64,000 bases of DNA, taken from assembly GCF_001194135.2 (NCBI RefSeq), contig NC_068984.1:20008264-20072263 (forward strand). Reading direction: 5' to 3'. Source of the DNA: Octopus bimaculoides. Lineage: Eukaryota. Shown here piece after piece: positions 1-13,095 of this stretch (positions are counted from its first letter, which is position 1; each line of letters opens with the position of its first letter). The notes under the pieces are model-generated. The model did no database searches. It was not told the origin of the DNA and saw only the letters and a program-made list of their open reading frames with translations. Position numbers and translations under genes: made by a program.

Positions 1-160
1 ATGCAACCAGACGATGTTGTTAAATATTATTTCCTATCTATTTCGTTCAGTTTCTTTTCAGCTTTTCAGTTACAGTAAAATGCTGAGAAGTTAGGCAGAA
101 TTTATTGATTTAAGACTTGATGTCGATGGCATCTATAACTGTAGTATAACTGTTGTTGTT

Positions 161-538
161 GGCACTCCGTCGGTTACGACGTCAAGGGTTCCAGTTGATC
201 CGATCAACGGAACAGCCTGCTCGTGAAATTAACGTGCAAGTGGTTGAGCACTCCACAGACACGTGTACCCTTAACGTAGTTCTCGGGGATATTCAGCGTG
301 ACACAGTGTGACAAGGCTGGCCCTTTGAATTACAGGCACAACAGAAACAGGAAGTAAGAGTGAGAGAAAGTTGTGATGAAAGAGTACAGCGGGGTTCGCC
401 ACCATCCCATGTCGGAGCCACGTAGAGCTTTAGGTGTTTTCGCTCAATAAACACTCAAAATGCCCGGTCTGAGAATCGAAACCGCGATTCTATGACCGCG
501 AGTCCGCTGCCCAAACCACTGGGCCATTGCGTCTCCAC
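161..538 (-). mobile_element. tRNA-derived SINE, family A, full length
   Basis: Minus strand begins with a tRNA-like head (GGAGACGCAATGGCCCAGTGGTT...GGTTTCGATTC, A/B boxes) and ends ...GTCGTAACCGACGGAGTGC plus (CAA)n. Further copies lie at 21051-21291 and 40335-40710. Confidence 0.9.
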
Positions 539-1054
539 TTCTCTCTGTACTTGGAGATTAATGAAAATGAGTTGACCTCTGAGGCCTTCTCTGGTCAGAG
601 GAAGGTCAATCCTTTGTTTTTGATTGACCTACTTTAGTTGCCAAACTTTATAAATATCCGTTGAAGGGTTGTGATCAGCCTTTTTGATCACTACCTTGGA
701 TCAATGAGCATTCTGGTATTGAGTGGAGAAGAGAAGGACAACACATCGCTTATATTCCCTGTTTGACAATACAAATCTCACTCTTTCTCTCTAGCAGCAG
801 ACAATGAAGCTGGCTCCCACAGACCAAGAATCCATTGAACCAGAAAGTATTTTACTGCAACAAACTAATAATGAGTATAGACAAACAAACAAACGACGCG
901 ACAACATCGTTATTTTATATTGTAACGATATTATAATCAACTAAATAAATGGCCATCTTCATAATTAATTGTTCTCTAATTTACTTCTTTAATGCATCAT
1001 CATCATCATCATTCTAACACCATCCTTACTTTCGACTTCTCTTCCAATAATATT

Positions 1055-1484
1055 CTTTTCCTCTCTAGACACAAAGCCCGAAATTTTGGGGGAGGGAGCC
1101 AGTCGATTAAATCGACCCCAGCACGGAACTGGTACCTAATTTATCGACCCTGAAAGGATGAAAGACAAAAATCGACCTCGGCGGAATTTGAACTCAGAAC
1201 ATAAAGACAGACGAAATACCACAAGGCATTTCACCCGGCGTACTAACGTTTCTTATTTCTTTATTGCCCACAAGGTGCTAAACATAGAGGGGACAAACAA
1301 GGACAGACAAAAGGATTAAGTCGATTACATCGACCCAGTGAGAAACTGGTACTTAATTTATCGACCCCGAAAGGATAAAAGGAAAAGTCGACTTCGGCGG
1401 AATTTGAACTCAGAACGTGACGGCAGATGAAACACCGTTAAACATTTCGGCCGGCGTACTAACGTTTCGGCCAGCTTACCGCCT
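1055..1484 (-). mobile_element. Dimeric tRNA-derived SINE, family C, with 19-bp TSD
   Basis: Two tandem monomers share the body GTCGACTTTGCCTTTCATCCTTTCGGGGTCGATAAATTAAGTACCAG. They are flanked by the direct repeat CTTCTCTTCCAATAATATT at 1036-1054 and 1485-1503. Confidence 0.88.
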
Positions 1485-2035
1485 CTTCTCTTCCAATAAT
1501 ATTGTTACATATATATCCCGGAGAAAGCCTTTCAAATGACATGTCATTATTATATATCAGTGTATAAAATTGTATATACCCAGCCGCAGGTCGCGTCTGC
1601 CTTAAGTCACTTCATCACCAGAGCATGAGGATTTTATTTCTTTATAAAAGCTCTGCTCTTTTCATATACTAACGAGCAAAGGTGTCACTTCGTCTGCCAA
1701 GACTGATACTATCAATGTCCTTATCAGTCTGTCGATTCTCGACGCCGATTATATTTCCCCACAACTCTTTTCCTATTTTCTGAACTTAAGTCTCCGAAAA
1801 CAGCTAGGCAAATAACGTGATTGGCTTCAGGTTGACATTTCTGACTGACTCCTACCTACCTTTTATCAGTAACTTTCCGTTGTCTGATAACAGCCATTTG
1901 AAATTTATTCATTAATTAATTATGTTTTTTAAAATTACTCTGTAATATCTAAGCAATGTAATTTGATAATAATTCATAGTTTCGGTCACCTTTGACTTCA
2001 CCCAAACCGAGGTTTACCATGAATTCATATATCTA

Positions 2036-2263
2036 TTGGGTTGTCCGGAAAGTTCGTGCCGATTTATAGTAGGTTACCTTTCGACTTATTTGTCATGAAA
2101 CTACCTCAATCCTGGGAAGAGGGTATTTTCAAGTTAAAGGAAAGATGGAGACGCATTGTGCAACGAAATGGTTCATATTTGGTTGATTAAGAATGTAATG
2201 GCAAGTATTTATTGACCTTTTTCTTTCCTTTAAAAATCGGTACGAACTTTCCGGACAACCCAA
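2036..2263 (+). mobile_element. Internally deleted mariner element (MITE-like)
   Basis: 30-bp TIRs TTGGGTTGTCCGGAAAGTTCGT(G/A)CCGATTT match at 29/30 and are flanked by TA on both sides. The interior (2095-2190) encodes a mariner transposase C-terminus, WEEGIFKLKERWRRIVQRNGSYLVD*. Confidence 0.92.
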
Positions 2264-2639
2264 TATATTACATGAACTCAAATGTTTGATGTTCTGACTG
2301 TGACGATAGACACTCTATTCTCTATCCCTCTCACTTCAATAACTCATTCTTTAAACACCAAGAAATATACCTTCTCTCTTATCATTTATTTGTCTTTGTT
2401 CTTTCTGCAAAATCAAACATTAGATTCTTATAACAGGAAAAAGCCATTTCCGGTTTGGCTTTACTTTGAATTCGCAGAAATTGCTGGACAAATTTCGCAT
2501 GAATATCTTAATTAGATAACAGACAAAATTTCGATTGAAGCATATGATGTAATTACATGCTTAACACTTCAGGGTGAGCAAGGCAATATGAATAAATTTG
2601 ATTTCGAAACACTTAAGGCAAATGTGATTCATCAAGTAG

Positions 2640-3475
2640 TGTGGGAGTAGATTAGTACCAGGGGCAAATTACAAGAGCATAGGAACCTGTGGTGGGGGTT
2701 CATATGAGCTGAGAAAAATAATGAGGAAGTGAGGGAAGCAAGACCCCGGGTCGTCTTCTTCCGGCCTGGTGCACTCGCCGTGAACAGACATCAGCGGAGC
2801 GAGCTAGCGGGATTGGTAGTAGCAGCTGCTAACATTAGGTGCGATGGGTAGGGCACATATTTTGGACTTAGTACAGCTGGACAGCCGACAATGAGAAGGT
2901 AGGTGAACCGCGTCTTATTTCGCTGCAATACAGTTCCCTCGTAGCACAAATATTTCGTAAGATCAAGGTAATAGCCAGGTCACAAGGCATCGACGATGTA
3001 GGAGGTCTCATAGCCCTGTATCTGGAGGGAAGCGCGTTGGCGCTATACTTCGAGATGGACGAGGAAGACCAATTGAGCGCGACGAGGATCGAGCAGCGCT
3101 TGAGCGAAGCCTATATAAAGTGGAACTTGCGCCGCTTCTTCAGAACGGCATACAGGTCGAGTGGAAATGAGATCGTGGAAAGACATCATCGAACGATCAA
3201 AGTCATGACCGAGAGGGGGCGCATTTCATCACTGGAAGCAGTATTCTGGTACAATATGTCACCCCGATCAAGACAGGCCGAAGAGTCCGTGCCACACAGA
3301 GTGATATTCAGATAAGAATAGCGGCATCCTAGTAAACCATCAGAATGCCCTGCGGAAGAGAGAAGGCCTGTCTTCGTGGAGGTGGGAGATGAAGTCCGAA
3401 TTAAGCCCCGAAGGTACGCTGTACATCTCAGTGGAACAGAAGAAAAGTGACGGCAGTTAATTCTCAAAATAACTG
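2640..3475 (+). mobile_element. Internally deleted Gypsy-type LTR retrotransposon (gag N-terminus joined to integrase C-terminus)
   Basis: GC-rich island. The frame of ORF 3037-3315 reads gag-like KIKVIARSQGIDDVGGLIALYLEGSALALYFEM, then integrase-like FRTAYRSSGNEIVERHHRTIK...EAVFWYN. Downstream VEVGDEVRIKP and (frameshifted) RCTSQW...VTAVNSQNN resemble the GPY/F region. Confidence 0.8.
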
Positions 3476-3688
3476 CGAGCATACTGGAGCACTGTCTTTA
3501 AGTGTTTAGTTGTAGAATTCGACCCCAGTACTAATATCATAAAAGTCTGATACTTTTGTCGCTTTATTTTGTTGCTTTTTCATCGAACTGCTAAGTTACG
3601 GGGACGTAAAAGTAAACCAATGTCAAACAGTGTGGGGACAAACTCAGACACGCACGGACACACAGAGAGACAGACAGATATATAGATA

Positions 3689-4235
3689 ACTTTCTTTATT
3701 AGCCACATAGGGCCGAACACAGAGGGGACAAATATAATGTAGAGTTTTACTTTTCGAGGTGGGGCGAAAACAAAAAAAACAAAAAAAAATAGGGACAACG
3801 ATCAAAAGGGATCGAAATCGTTTGGGACGTACAAAAAATCGCAATATACTGTCAATATAAAAAAAAGAGTTTCCAAAAGTGGGGAGGTTTATCAGCGGAA
3901 AGAAAAACTTACGAAAAGACCACGGTAACCTCGGGCAGTAATATTATGCAAAAACATATTTACAACAGTAAGTTACTCTCTTTTTCCTTTCTTTTTCTGG
4001 TTCATAGGATTATGCTCAAGGTGACTCCGTTATTCACTCGTGCCATCCTTACTACATTCACCCATCTTTTATTGAAACATTCACGAGACAAAACTTCCCT
4101 CTCTACTCTCACCTTCCTTTTCAAGTGACACTTGAAGAAATTGATGAGAGATTGACCAGAGAGGAGAGTGTTTGTCTCTAGGCCTTTCAGACGCGTCCAC
4201 CATACACATTCTTTCGCCATAGCCACAAGTATCAA
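3689..4235 (-). mobile_element. Tx1/L1-clade LINE 3' fragment, copy 1 (ORF2 C-terminus plus 3'UTR)
   Basis: ORF 4002-4235 reads [12 protein letters not shown]...[34 protein letters not shown]. The 3'UTR ends TGTGGCTAATAAAGAAAG. Homologous copies are at 11139-11309 and 50678-51108. The clade is assigned from recall of Tx1 ORF2 C-termini. Confidence 0.72.
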
Positions 4236-4428
<193 letters not shown>

Positions 4429-4957
4429 CGTTGGCTTATGACGGACGAATGAGAGAGAAGTGTTCAATAAAGCTGTAGAGAATGGGAAACTGAGAGTTTG
4501 TCTCGCGATTCACGTTTCACACCGCTGCGATCTTCAATATTCACAACGGGCTTCCACACAGTTTCTGTCTACCAAATTCACTCACAAGTCATAAGCGGGT
4601 CCGATGCTAAAATGCAACGCAAGAGGCAGCGTAGTGGGCCTGAACTCGAAATCACGGAGTTGCAGAGCGAACTTCTTAACCACACGGCTATGTCTGCACT
4701 TATAATCTTTTATTTTTGACTTGTTTCAGCCATTAGACAGCGACCATGCTGGGGCACCGCCTTGAAGAATTTTTAGTTGACTGAAACCATCTCAGTACTT
4801 GTTTTCTTTTTAAACCTGGTTCTTATTCTATCGGTCTACTGCCGAACAACAACTATTATGACTACGACTATTACTACTACTATTACTACTAAACACACCA
4901 ACACCGGTTGTTAAGCAGTGGTGGAGGTCAAACACAGACACACATTTATGTGTGTGT

Positions 4958-5280
4958 GAAGGCGCGTGGCTTAGTGGTTAGGGCATTCGGCTCACAGTCG
5001 TAAGGTCGTGAGTTCGATTCCCGGTGACGCATTGTGTCCTTGAGCAAGACACTTTATTTCATGTTGTTCCAGTCCCCTCAGCTGGCAAAAATGAGTGGTA
5101 CCTGTATTTCAAAGGGCTGGCCTTGTCACACTCTGCGTCATGCTAAATCTCCCTGAGAACTAAGTTAAGGGTACACGTGTCTGTGGATTGCTCAGTCACT
5201 TGCACGTTAATTTCACGAGCAAGCTGTTCCGTTGATCGTATCAGTTGAGACCCTCGTCGTCGTAACCGACGGAGTGCTCC
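4958..5280 (+). mobile_element. tRNA-derived SINE, family B (3' half shared with family A)
   Basis: Head GGCGCGTGGCTTAGTGGTTAGG...GAGTTCGATTCCC, then a CORE-like TGTGTCCTTGAGCAAGACACTT, then the same 3' half as family A. Other copies are at ~27680-27946 and ~59085-59200 (partial). Confidence 0.85.
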
Positions 5281-5299
5281 TATGTATGTGTGTGTGTGT

Positions 5300-5466
5300 A
5301 TACGAAGAGCTTCTTTCAGTTTCCGTCAACCAAATCCAAACTCAAGGTTTTGGTCGGCCCGAGGCTATAATAGAAGGCACTTCCCCAAGATGTCATGCAG
5401 TGGGACTGAACCCGGTACCATGTGGTTGGGAAGCAAACTTCTTACCACACAGCCATGCCTACGCCT
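5300..5466 (-). mobile_element. CORE-type tRNA SINE, family D, 5' part
   Basis: Minus strand has a tRNA head followed by CCCACTGCNTGNCANCTTGGGNAAGTG, resembling the MIR/CORE domain, then (TA)n(TG)n. Other minus copies are at 7567-7732, 35702-35986 and 61538-61670. Confidence 0.85.
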
Positions 5467-6282
5467 CTGGCTGAAGATAATATCTTCAGAAATAATCCTC
5501 GCCGTTGCAGTTACATTGTGCAGGATAACATTCAGTTAACACACATGTACCGACATGTTTGAAGTTTGTTATATTTTCATTCCAGAGGAATGGCTGGTCT
5601 CGATTGGTGGTCTTAGAAATGTCAAAGCTGTCTTTTCTTAATAGATCGGAAACAGACTGGTATTTCACGTATTCCAAGCGTCAATTGACGTAGTCTTTCC
5701 TATCAACGTTACCATTACCACTGCCGTTATCACCCACGCGGGAGTCTTTACGTAGTTACTCGGTCTCCTAGAAATAGTAACCAAATCTCTCTCAGATCAT
5801 ACCACACAGATTTAAAAAAATAATTATGAACATATTGCATAATGTAGACAACAACTATCATCACCAGCATCACTCACCAATACTACTATCACTACTACTA
5901 CTATTTTCAGCACCACACCACCACTACCATTATTATTACTATCCACTATCATCATCTCCATACCCACACCAATACTACTATTACTGTCCTCTATCACCAC
6001 CACTGCTACAACTACTATTACCACCACTATCACTGCTACTACTATGTCTTTCACCTTGTGAAATCTTTATCTCTTTCTTCGAAAGAACGGTGGACAAGGG
6101 TGCCAATTTTTTTATTTTAAAAAGCCTTATTTCGATAGCTAAAAGGCCCTTTTTAAACCGTAAATAAAGTGAAAAGTACCCCCCCCCCAAAAAAAAAAAA
6201 CAGCACCNNNNNNNNNNAGATTTATATTAAAAATTTCTATTCTAATTAAATGAAAATGAAATTTATATAATTACTTTTATTT

Positions 6283-6960
6283 TTACTCCATAATATTTTC
6301 GAAGATTTCTCGATCAATTTCTTTTGAAGTTGAAGCTGCAGTTTCACATGATTTAATTTTCTTTAACGGTTCGCTTGAAAGTTTATAATCATAACAACAT
6401 TTACCACTTCGTTTAAGTCCATATTTGATGTTCAAATGTCTCTTCTTAATGTTTCGATGCTCATTTGATTTCATAAAATTCATGTGGCTAAATACACTCT
6501 CCCTATCAGCATTTGCATGTGGTAAAATGAGAAATATTAGAGCTATTAAACAAATGTTCAAATTGATTTTCTCAATCGACTCCCATTACAATGATACTTC
6601 AGTCCAGAAAGAAACTGTGTCTGAAACCTGTGTCCACTGTACATTAAAAAAATATTTTTATTGAATATCAGATTTAGTCAGAATCTCTGAATCTTCGTTA
6701 AAATGCTTTACAAGGTCTATCTATAATTCCAGTTCTTCTTGTTTTAAGACATTCTGTTACACTGGAAAAACTCATTGATAGTAAAAGACGAGAATTCTCT
6801 GGAAGAAACTGTTTAATTTGCTCCAAAGCTTCCTCAACAAATTTTGTGCATCGGCCTCTTATCTTATTTTCTTGGCCAGTAAATTTAAATTCTGAGATCT
6901 TCTCAAATCAATAAGCAAGATATAGCTTTGGATCTAAATAACTCTGTATAGAACCATCTT
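6283..6960 (-). pseudogene. Decayed hAT-superfamily transposase, C-terminal part
   Basis: Stitched frames give YLDPKLYLAY*FEK...RGRCTKFVEEALEQIKQFLPEN, then VSFWTEV...ICLIALIFLILPHANADRESVFSHMNFMKS...LNIKYGLKRSGKCCYDYKL. This resembles the hAT dimerization motif LSLPHSNAxxERVFS. Stops and frameshifts are present. Confidence 0.75.
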
Positions 6961-7087
6961 CATTTAGCTTCTTTCCTGTCATAATAATTAATTATTGAAC
7001 TGTGTGAATCAATGAGATGCCGAAGATCAATAATTTAGTGGGGGCCATGTGCTTACTCATTAAAATTTGGTTTTTATTATTCCAGAC

Positions 7088-7351
7088 CAGAGGTTCTCAA
7101 TCATTTTTTTTTTTTTGCATACGGACCCCTTTAATTCTTCTTTTATTCTACTGGGCCTCCGTAAACATTCGATATTTAAAAAAATCCTATTATATTTTTA
7201 GAATTAAATATTATAAGAAATTGTTTTAAAAGGAATTGTTAAAATATTTTGTGTATTATTGAAGTGTAACCAATATATTTCACATAAATTTTAACAACAA
7301 AACCTTATATGGGCCTTCAAGAGTCATGTGAACCCCGGTTGAGAACCACTG
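7088..7351 (+). mobile_element. hAT (Charlie-like) MITE
   Basis: Ends CAGAGGTTCTCAA / TTGAGAACCACTG. The 8-bp flanks TTCCAGAC and ATCTAGAC fit a Charlie-type NTCTAGAN target. A second copy in the opposite orientation is at 48861-49163. Confidence 0.85.
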
Positions 7352-10300
7352 ATCTAGACCCTTAGTTTTATGGGTNNNNNNNNNNNNNNNNNNNNNNNNN
7401 NNNNNNNNNNNNNNNNNNNNNNNNNNNNNNNNNNNNNNNNNNNNNNNNNNNNNNNNNNNNNNNNNNNNNNNNNNNNNNNNNNNNNNNNNNNNNNNNNNNN
7501 NNNNNNNNNNNNNNNNNNNNNNNNNNATATATATATATATATATATACACATATATATATATATATACGACGGGCTTCTTTCAGTTTCCGTCTACCAAAT
7601 CCACTCACAAGGCTTTGGTCGGCCCGAGGCTATAGTAGAAGACACTTGCCCAAGGTGCCACGCAGTGGGACTGAACCCCGAACCATGTGGTTGGTAAGCA
7701 AGGTACTTACCACACAGCCACTCCTGCGCCTGTATATATAATTTTTTTAAAAAGTCATTTGAAAAAACTGTTTATAAAAATGAATTATTGCTATATTTAG
7801 TGATATTCGTCCAATGAATATTTCGAATTTATAGGATTTTCAAATATTTCTTAATTTCTGATTTTGGCTAAATTTCCTGTAGAAATGTAGAAATTTGCAT
7901 CATAGTGTGTGTCTCAAAGGCATACATGGGCGTACACGAAATGGCATCCGGCCTGAATTTTGGACAGAAAATTCCGAGTTAAAATCTGATTTGATTTTAA
8001 CGGAAAAGTACTAACTTGACTCTGAATTATAATAAAATGTACACAAAATTACGTGGACGCCTAACTAAATGGATTTTCGCGCTGATAACAGTTAGAGCGA
8101 AAGGCATTAATTTGGTAACCCTTACGAGGCAGCCTCAACACAGCCGCACAACTTGCTTGAAATAGTAGTCAGATTCCTCTCAAATTACTCCCGGCCTTCT
8201 AAAAGTATCATAGATACAGTTTACTCGGAAGAATTTCGACGGTCAAAGCTGGAACACCTTTGAGCATAATTCTACTCAAACAATAAAAACATTAATTTTT
8301 CCCTCCCCAACTCTTTCCTTATTCTTCAGTATTTCCTCTTTCCCCTTCCTCCCACTACTCCTCAATTGATTCATTCGCTACCAGCAGAAAACATCAGTCT
8401 CCAACAAAACGTTCTGCCTGAAACACCAGATTGTTGTTATTTCTCAAGGCAAACCATTTTAATCCACTATTGAATTGTTTATATTCATTTTTTGCCGAGA
8501 GCACCATTTAGAGGCGATGTCAGCCATGGCATTTACTAGGGGGGACAGTCACCGTATACGAAAATAAAGGCCGTACTACAAAAAACTCAATTCTATATTG
8601 TAAGTGTGAGATATAGTTGTGTATGAATGTCTGCGAATCAGTCATTTGTCCCATAGTCACACATATCAATGAAAACAGCTTTTCGCATTCATTAAGTATT
8701 TACGATACTTGATGGTTCAATGATATTTTTACATATATTAGCAGGTGACCTAACTCGGTTAACAAAACCACTGATACTGACGTACTCCCTCACCATTAGT
8801 TTCCCGGGACCCTATTTTATTATATTTAATCCGTCATTCGATCGACTCAAACATCAAACAATGTCGTCTTTTAACACAAAATGCCAACCAGATGTTTTCC
8901 ATAAACGAGAAGCTTGAGGATAATCATGATGAGATACTATAAAAAAAGGCATTTAATCGCTGTTCTAAGTTAACTTGTGTGTTACCATCAGTTGTAATTC
9001 TCTTCCGTTATCACTAACAACTCCAATTTATCTCCTGCTAACTGAACTATTCACGCAGCCATCTTATTTGTCTGCTTTTTTCGTATATTACACGGATTAG
9101 ATAGATTTTCAAACCATAACCTATTACTATGACAAGTTCTCAAGAGCTTGTTGTTGTTGTTGTTTTTATTTGTTATATATGTGTGAAGGCAGAATCTCCA
9201 AGGCTGGTGCGAGGAAACTATCCTCAAACCAGAGACCTGGCTCAAATGTTTGCAATAGAGTAGGATCGCTAAAGGTATCTTGTGTGCCTGGTTGTGGTGC
9301 TAAACCGGATGACTGACTAAGTCTACCGCCTAAGTAGGCCGTGGCGGAATTTTAATTCAGAATTCTAAGAACCAGTAAAATATCGCAAGGCATTCGGTTC
9401 AATATTCTTAAACTTCTGCCAATCCAACACCTTTGATTAGTACTTTTTCTTATCGACTCTGAAAGAGATAAAATCAAGATTGGCTTCGATGGCATTTGAA
9501 CTCCGGGAGCATAGAGTTGGAACAAATATCGCGACACACGCTATCCAATTCGCTAACGTCTCTACCAATTCGCAGCCAATTTGTTGGCGAGATTTTTTTT
9601 TTTATTATCCAAATGACTTCAGATATTCAAGACTATTTATAACCAAAATTTGGACAGTAGAAATAACTACTTACTTTTAAGTTACCGAATATTATTCTGT
9701 TGTCACCAGACGACGCAACTTTGAGCAGACATCGCAGCATAATCTGATTGGTGATAGAGAATATTTTTGTAATAAAAACTGAAAAAAGAGAAAAAGATCT
9801 CGCAGTCGGAAATATACTAAAATCGAGCCGAACCGATGAATTTATTAACCTTTCATCATATATATAGATCGATAAAATAACTACCAATCACGTAATTTTA
9901 CGTAGAACATCGAATGTACTCACTTAGCTCACACATAAAGCGTTATGCTATTAGATATCATAGCTCAAAAGAATTAATAGAATCAATATAAATGATTCCA
10001 ACAAAAATGAGCTACGAGAAGTAACTCAGAGTGGGCAGTGGCATATATATGAACAATATAGACAAATGCAGTCATATCAAATAGCATACAACAAATTCTT
10101 GAGTTATTAAAAATTATCTCCGCCTCAAGGGCATGCGTCATAATTACCAAATAGTGACAGAGAATAGCTCCATATAAGAAAAGGAGATAATCTCAGCAAT
10201 CAAGAATTTCTCCAAAATTGACATGCCATGAATAGAAAGGACACGCTTAGGGTCTGGGAATAAGAGAACAGTCGTGGATATGTGTTTCGGGCTCAATAGC

Positions 10301-10494
10301 CATCATTGACACGACAATTGTTTAGCCTTGTCTCCTGTAGCCAAAGGACTACCGATTGATGAGGATACACGGGAACAGTACGAAATAAATGCTTCTTAGA
10401 ATATTCTACCCTTATAAAACAATGGCCCGATTTAATCACCTTAAGAGCCCAAATAAAAAGATATTTCATATGTATAAAATTATTTGGAGAGATT

Positions 10495-10700
10495 TAGTGT
10501 GGAGGAGGAGGGGGAGAGGGGAGGGGAGGAGGAGAGGGGGAGGAGGGGAGGAGGAGATGAGGAGGAAGAGGAGGAGGAAGANNNNNNNNNNGGGGAGGAG
10601 GAGAGGGGGAGGAGGGGAGGAGGAGATGAGGAGGAAGAGGAGGAGATGAGGAGGAAGAGGAGGAGGAAGAAGGTAAGAGGGATGAGCAGGAGGAGATAAA
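10495..10700. repeat. (GGA/GAG)n purine-rich low-complexity tract containing a 10-N gap
   Basis: Directly visible. It explains the poly-E/poly-R ORFs. Confidence 0.95.
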
Positions 10701-11093
10701 GATAAAGATGGTAATAGTAATGGTGTTGGTGACAGTGATGAGTACTGTGATGATGGTGATGAGTATGGTGACGACAAGGACACCAGCGGTAGTAGTTGTG
10801 ATGGTGGAGATAACGAGGAAGAGGGACGCCGTTGATTAGATTAAGAGTATATTACTTTGGTGAACTCACACAAAACTACCACTAGCCCTTCCACCCTCTA
10901 CTTATAATACGAACCACTTCCCTCCTTAAATAATTCCAGCCATACGTCCCTACTCACACCAACCATTTCTCTCTCAATCTATCTCCCTCTCTCTGCCTCT
11001 CTTTCTCTCTCTCTCCTTACCCACTCATCTATCTATCTATCTATCTATCTGTCTGTCTGTCTGTTTGTCTGTCTGTTTATCTGTCTGACTGCA

Positions 11094-11138
<45 letters not shown>

Positions 11139-11309
11139 CGCTTTTTTTTTCTTGATCCCTTTTGATCGAACTCCCCTCTTTTTTCCTTCCTACGATTCCT
11201 TTTGATCGACACCCCCCCCTACTTTTTCCCCTTCCCCCTCCCAAAAAAGAAAAGCTCTACATTGTATTTGTCCCATCTTTGTTGAGCCCTGTGTGGCTAA
11301 TAAAAGAAA
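11139..11309 (+). mobile_element. Tx1-like LINE 3'UTR end, copy 2
   Basis: GATTCCTTTTGATCG...AAAGCTCTACATTGTATTTGTCCC...GCCCTGTGTGGCTAATAAAAGAAA, with (TATC)n on both sides. Confidence 0.75.
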
Positions 11310-11365
11310 TGTATCTATCAATCTTTCTGTCTGTCTATCTATCTGTCTATCTGCCTGTCTGCCTG

Positions 11366-11408
<43 letters not shown>

Positions 11409-11426
11409 GTCTTTCTATCTATCTGC

Positions 11427-11460
<34 letters not shown>

Positions 11461-12060
11461 CTAGATACATACATACATACATGTCTGTGGTGTATATATA
11501 TATTCATTTTCTCTTTCTGCGTAGCTCTCTATCATGTATATGTATGTGTGTGTATGTGTGTGTATGTGTGTGTATGTGAGAGAGAGAGAGAGGGGGGAGG
11601 GAATCGCTTCTTTTGGAGCTGTCTGTTTATATGTGTGCGTACGTATGTATGTGTCTGTGTTTCTGTGTGTGCGCGTGTGTGTGAGTTATAAAGATAGGAG
11701 ATGAGACATGACACTAGAGTCCTTAAAATGCTTTATACACCTGCACTTGAACGCATGAAGACATGCGCACGCACACCGTTACACAAACAGACGCGCGTAG
11801 CGAAAAGGAAGCGGGGAAGGCGGTGTCCCCCAGGCAACATTTTGTAGGGGCGGCACTTTATATATATATATATGTATTGTTTTTCGGAGGTGGAGAGGGC
11901 AAACTTAAGGACCGCCCGGAGAGATGCAAACTCTAGCTATGCCGAGTGCGTGCATTTGTGTGTGTGCGTATATGAGCATGTATGTGTGTGTGTGTGTGTG
12001 TGTGCGTGCGCGCGCGATATAGATAGAGAAAGAAAGAAAGAAAGAAAGAANNNNNNNNNN

Positions 12061-12103
<43 letters not shown>

Positions 12104-12297
12104 AGGAAAGAAAGAAAGGAAGAAAGAAAGAAAGGAAGAAAGAAAGAAAGAAAGGAAGAAAGAAAGAAAGAAAGGAAGAAAGAAATGAAGAAAGGAGAGC
12201 TGTGCACATGCATATATACATATATACACAATTTTTCTATTTTAATTATTGGACTTTATAAATTAATTAGTGTTTACAAATCGTGCGTGTGTGAGTG

Positions 12298-12429
<132 letters not shown>

Positions 12430-13095
12430 CACACACACACATACACACACAAACATAAACACACACATACATTTATATAATTGCTGTATATATACAAATT
12501 CTAATAGTTGAATATTTTACGTAATATTTCTATTTTTGAAAACCACTGGNNNNNNNNNNNNNNNNNNNNNNNNNNNNNNNNNNNNNNNNNNNNNNNNNNN
12601 NNNNNNNNNNNNNNNNNNNNNNNNNNNNNNNNNNNNNNNNNNNNNNNNNNNNNNNNNNNNNNNNNNNNNNNNNNNNNNNNNNNNNNNNNNNNNNNNNNNN
12701 NNNNNNNNNNNNNNNNNNNNNNNNNNNNNNNNNNNNNNNNNNNNNNNNNNNNNNNNNGGTTATAATGGACACAGGTTCGTGTGTCACATAGCTTGCTAGA
12801 GGCGATGGCCTCTTGGAACTAATCAACGGCAGCATTCGTCTTATTCTTTTGACTGCCATGTTGGCTTGGCGATAACAATTAATATTCAGTACCGCTGCCG
12901 TAGTCTCCTTTAGAGAGACTTAGAAATATTAATATTTCTATTTTTAATAAAGAACCATTATTTTTCATCTTTAATCGATAACAACGGTGGCCAAACTACG
13001 GCTTGGGTGTCTCATGCACGCTCAAAGATATATTGTGCGGCTCCAAATTTAACTTTGGGTTTTGGTGTCATCTTTTCTTAGAACAACTTTTACAT

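Noticed and set aside
2836-2860. Possible Gypsy primer-binding site after ...GCTAACA
   Set aside because: It does not begin with TGG and I could not match it to a tRNA 3' end, so the LTR boundary is unconfirmed.
5586-5659. Good acceptor (TTTTCATTCCAG) and possible donor around a 74-nt open frame
   Set aside because: The peptide is unrecognisable, and such site pairs are common by chance in AT-rich DNA.
10150-10450. VLWLQETRL resembling an APE endonuclease motif
   Set aside because: Only one short motif, with no other conserved residues nearby.
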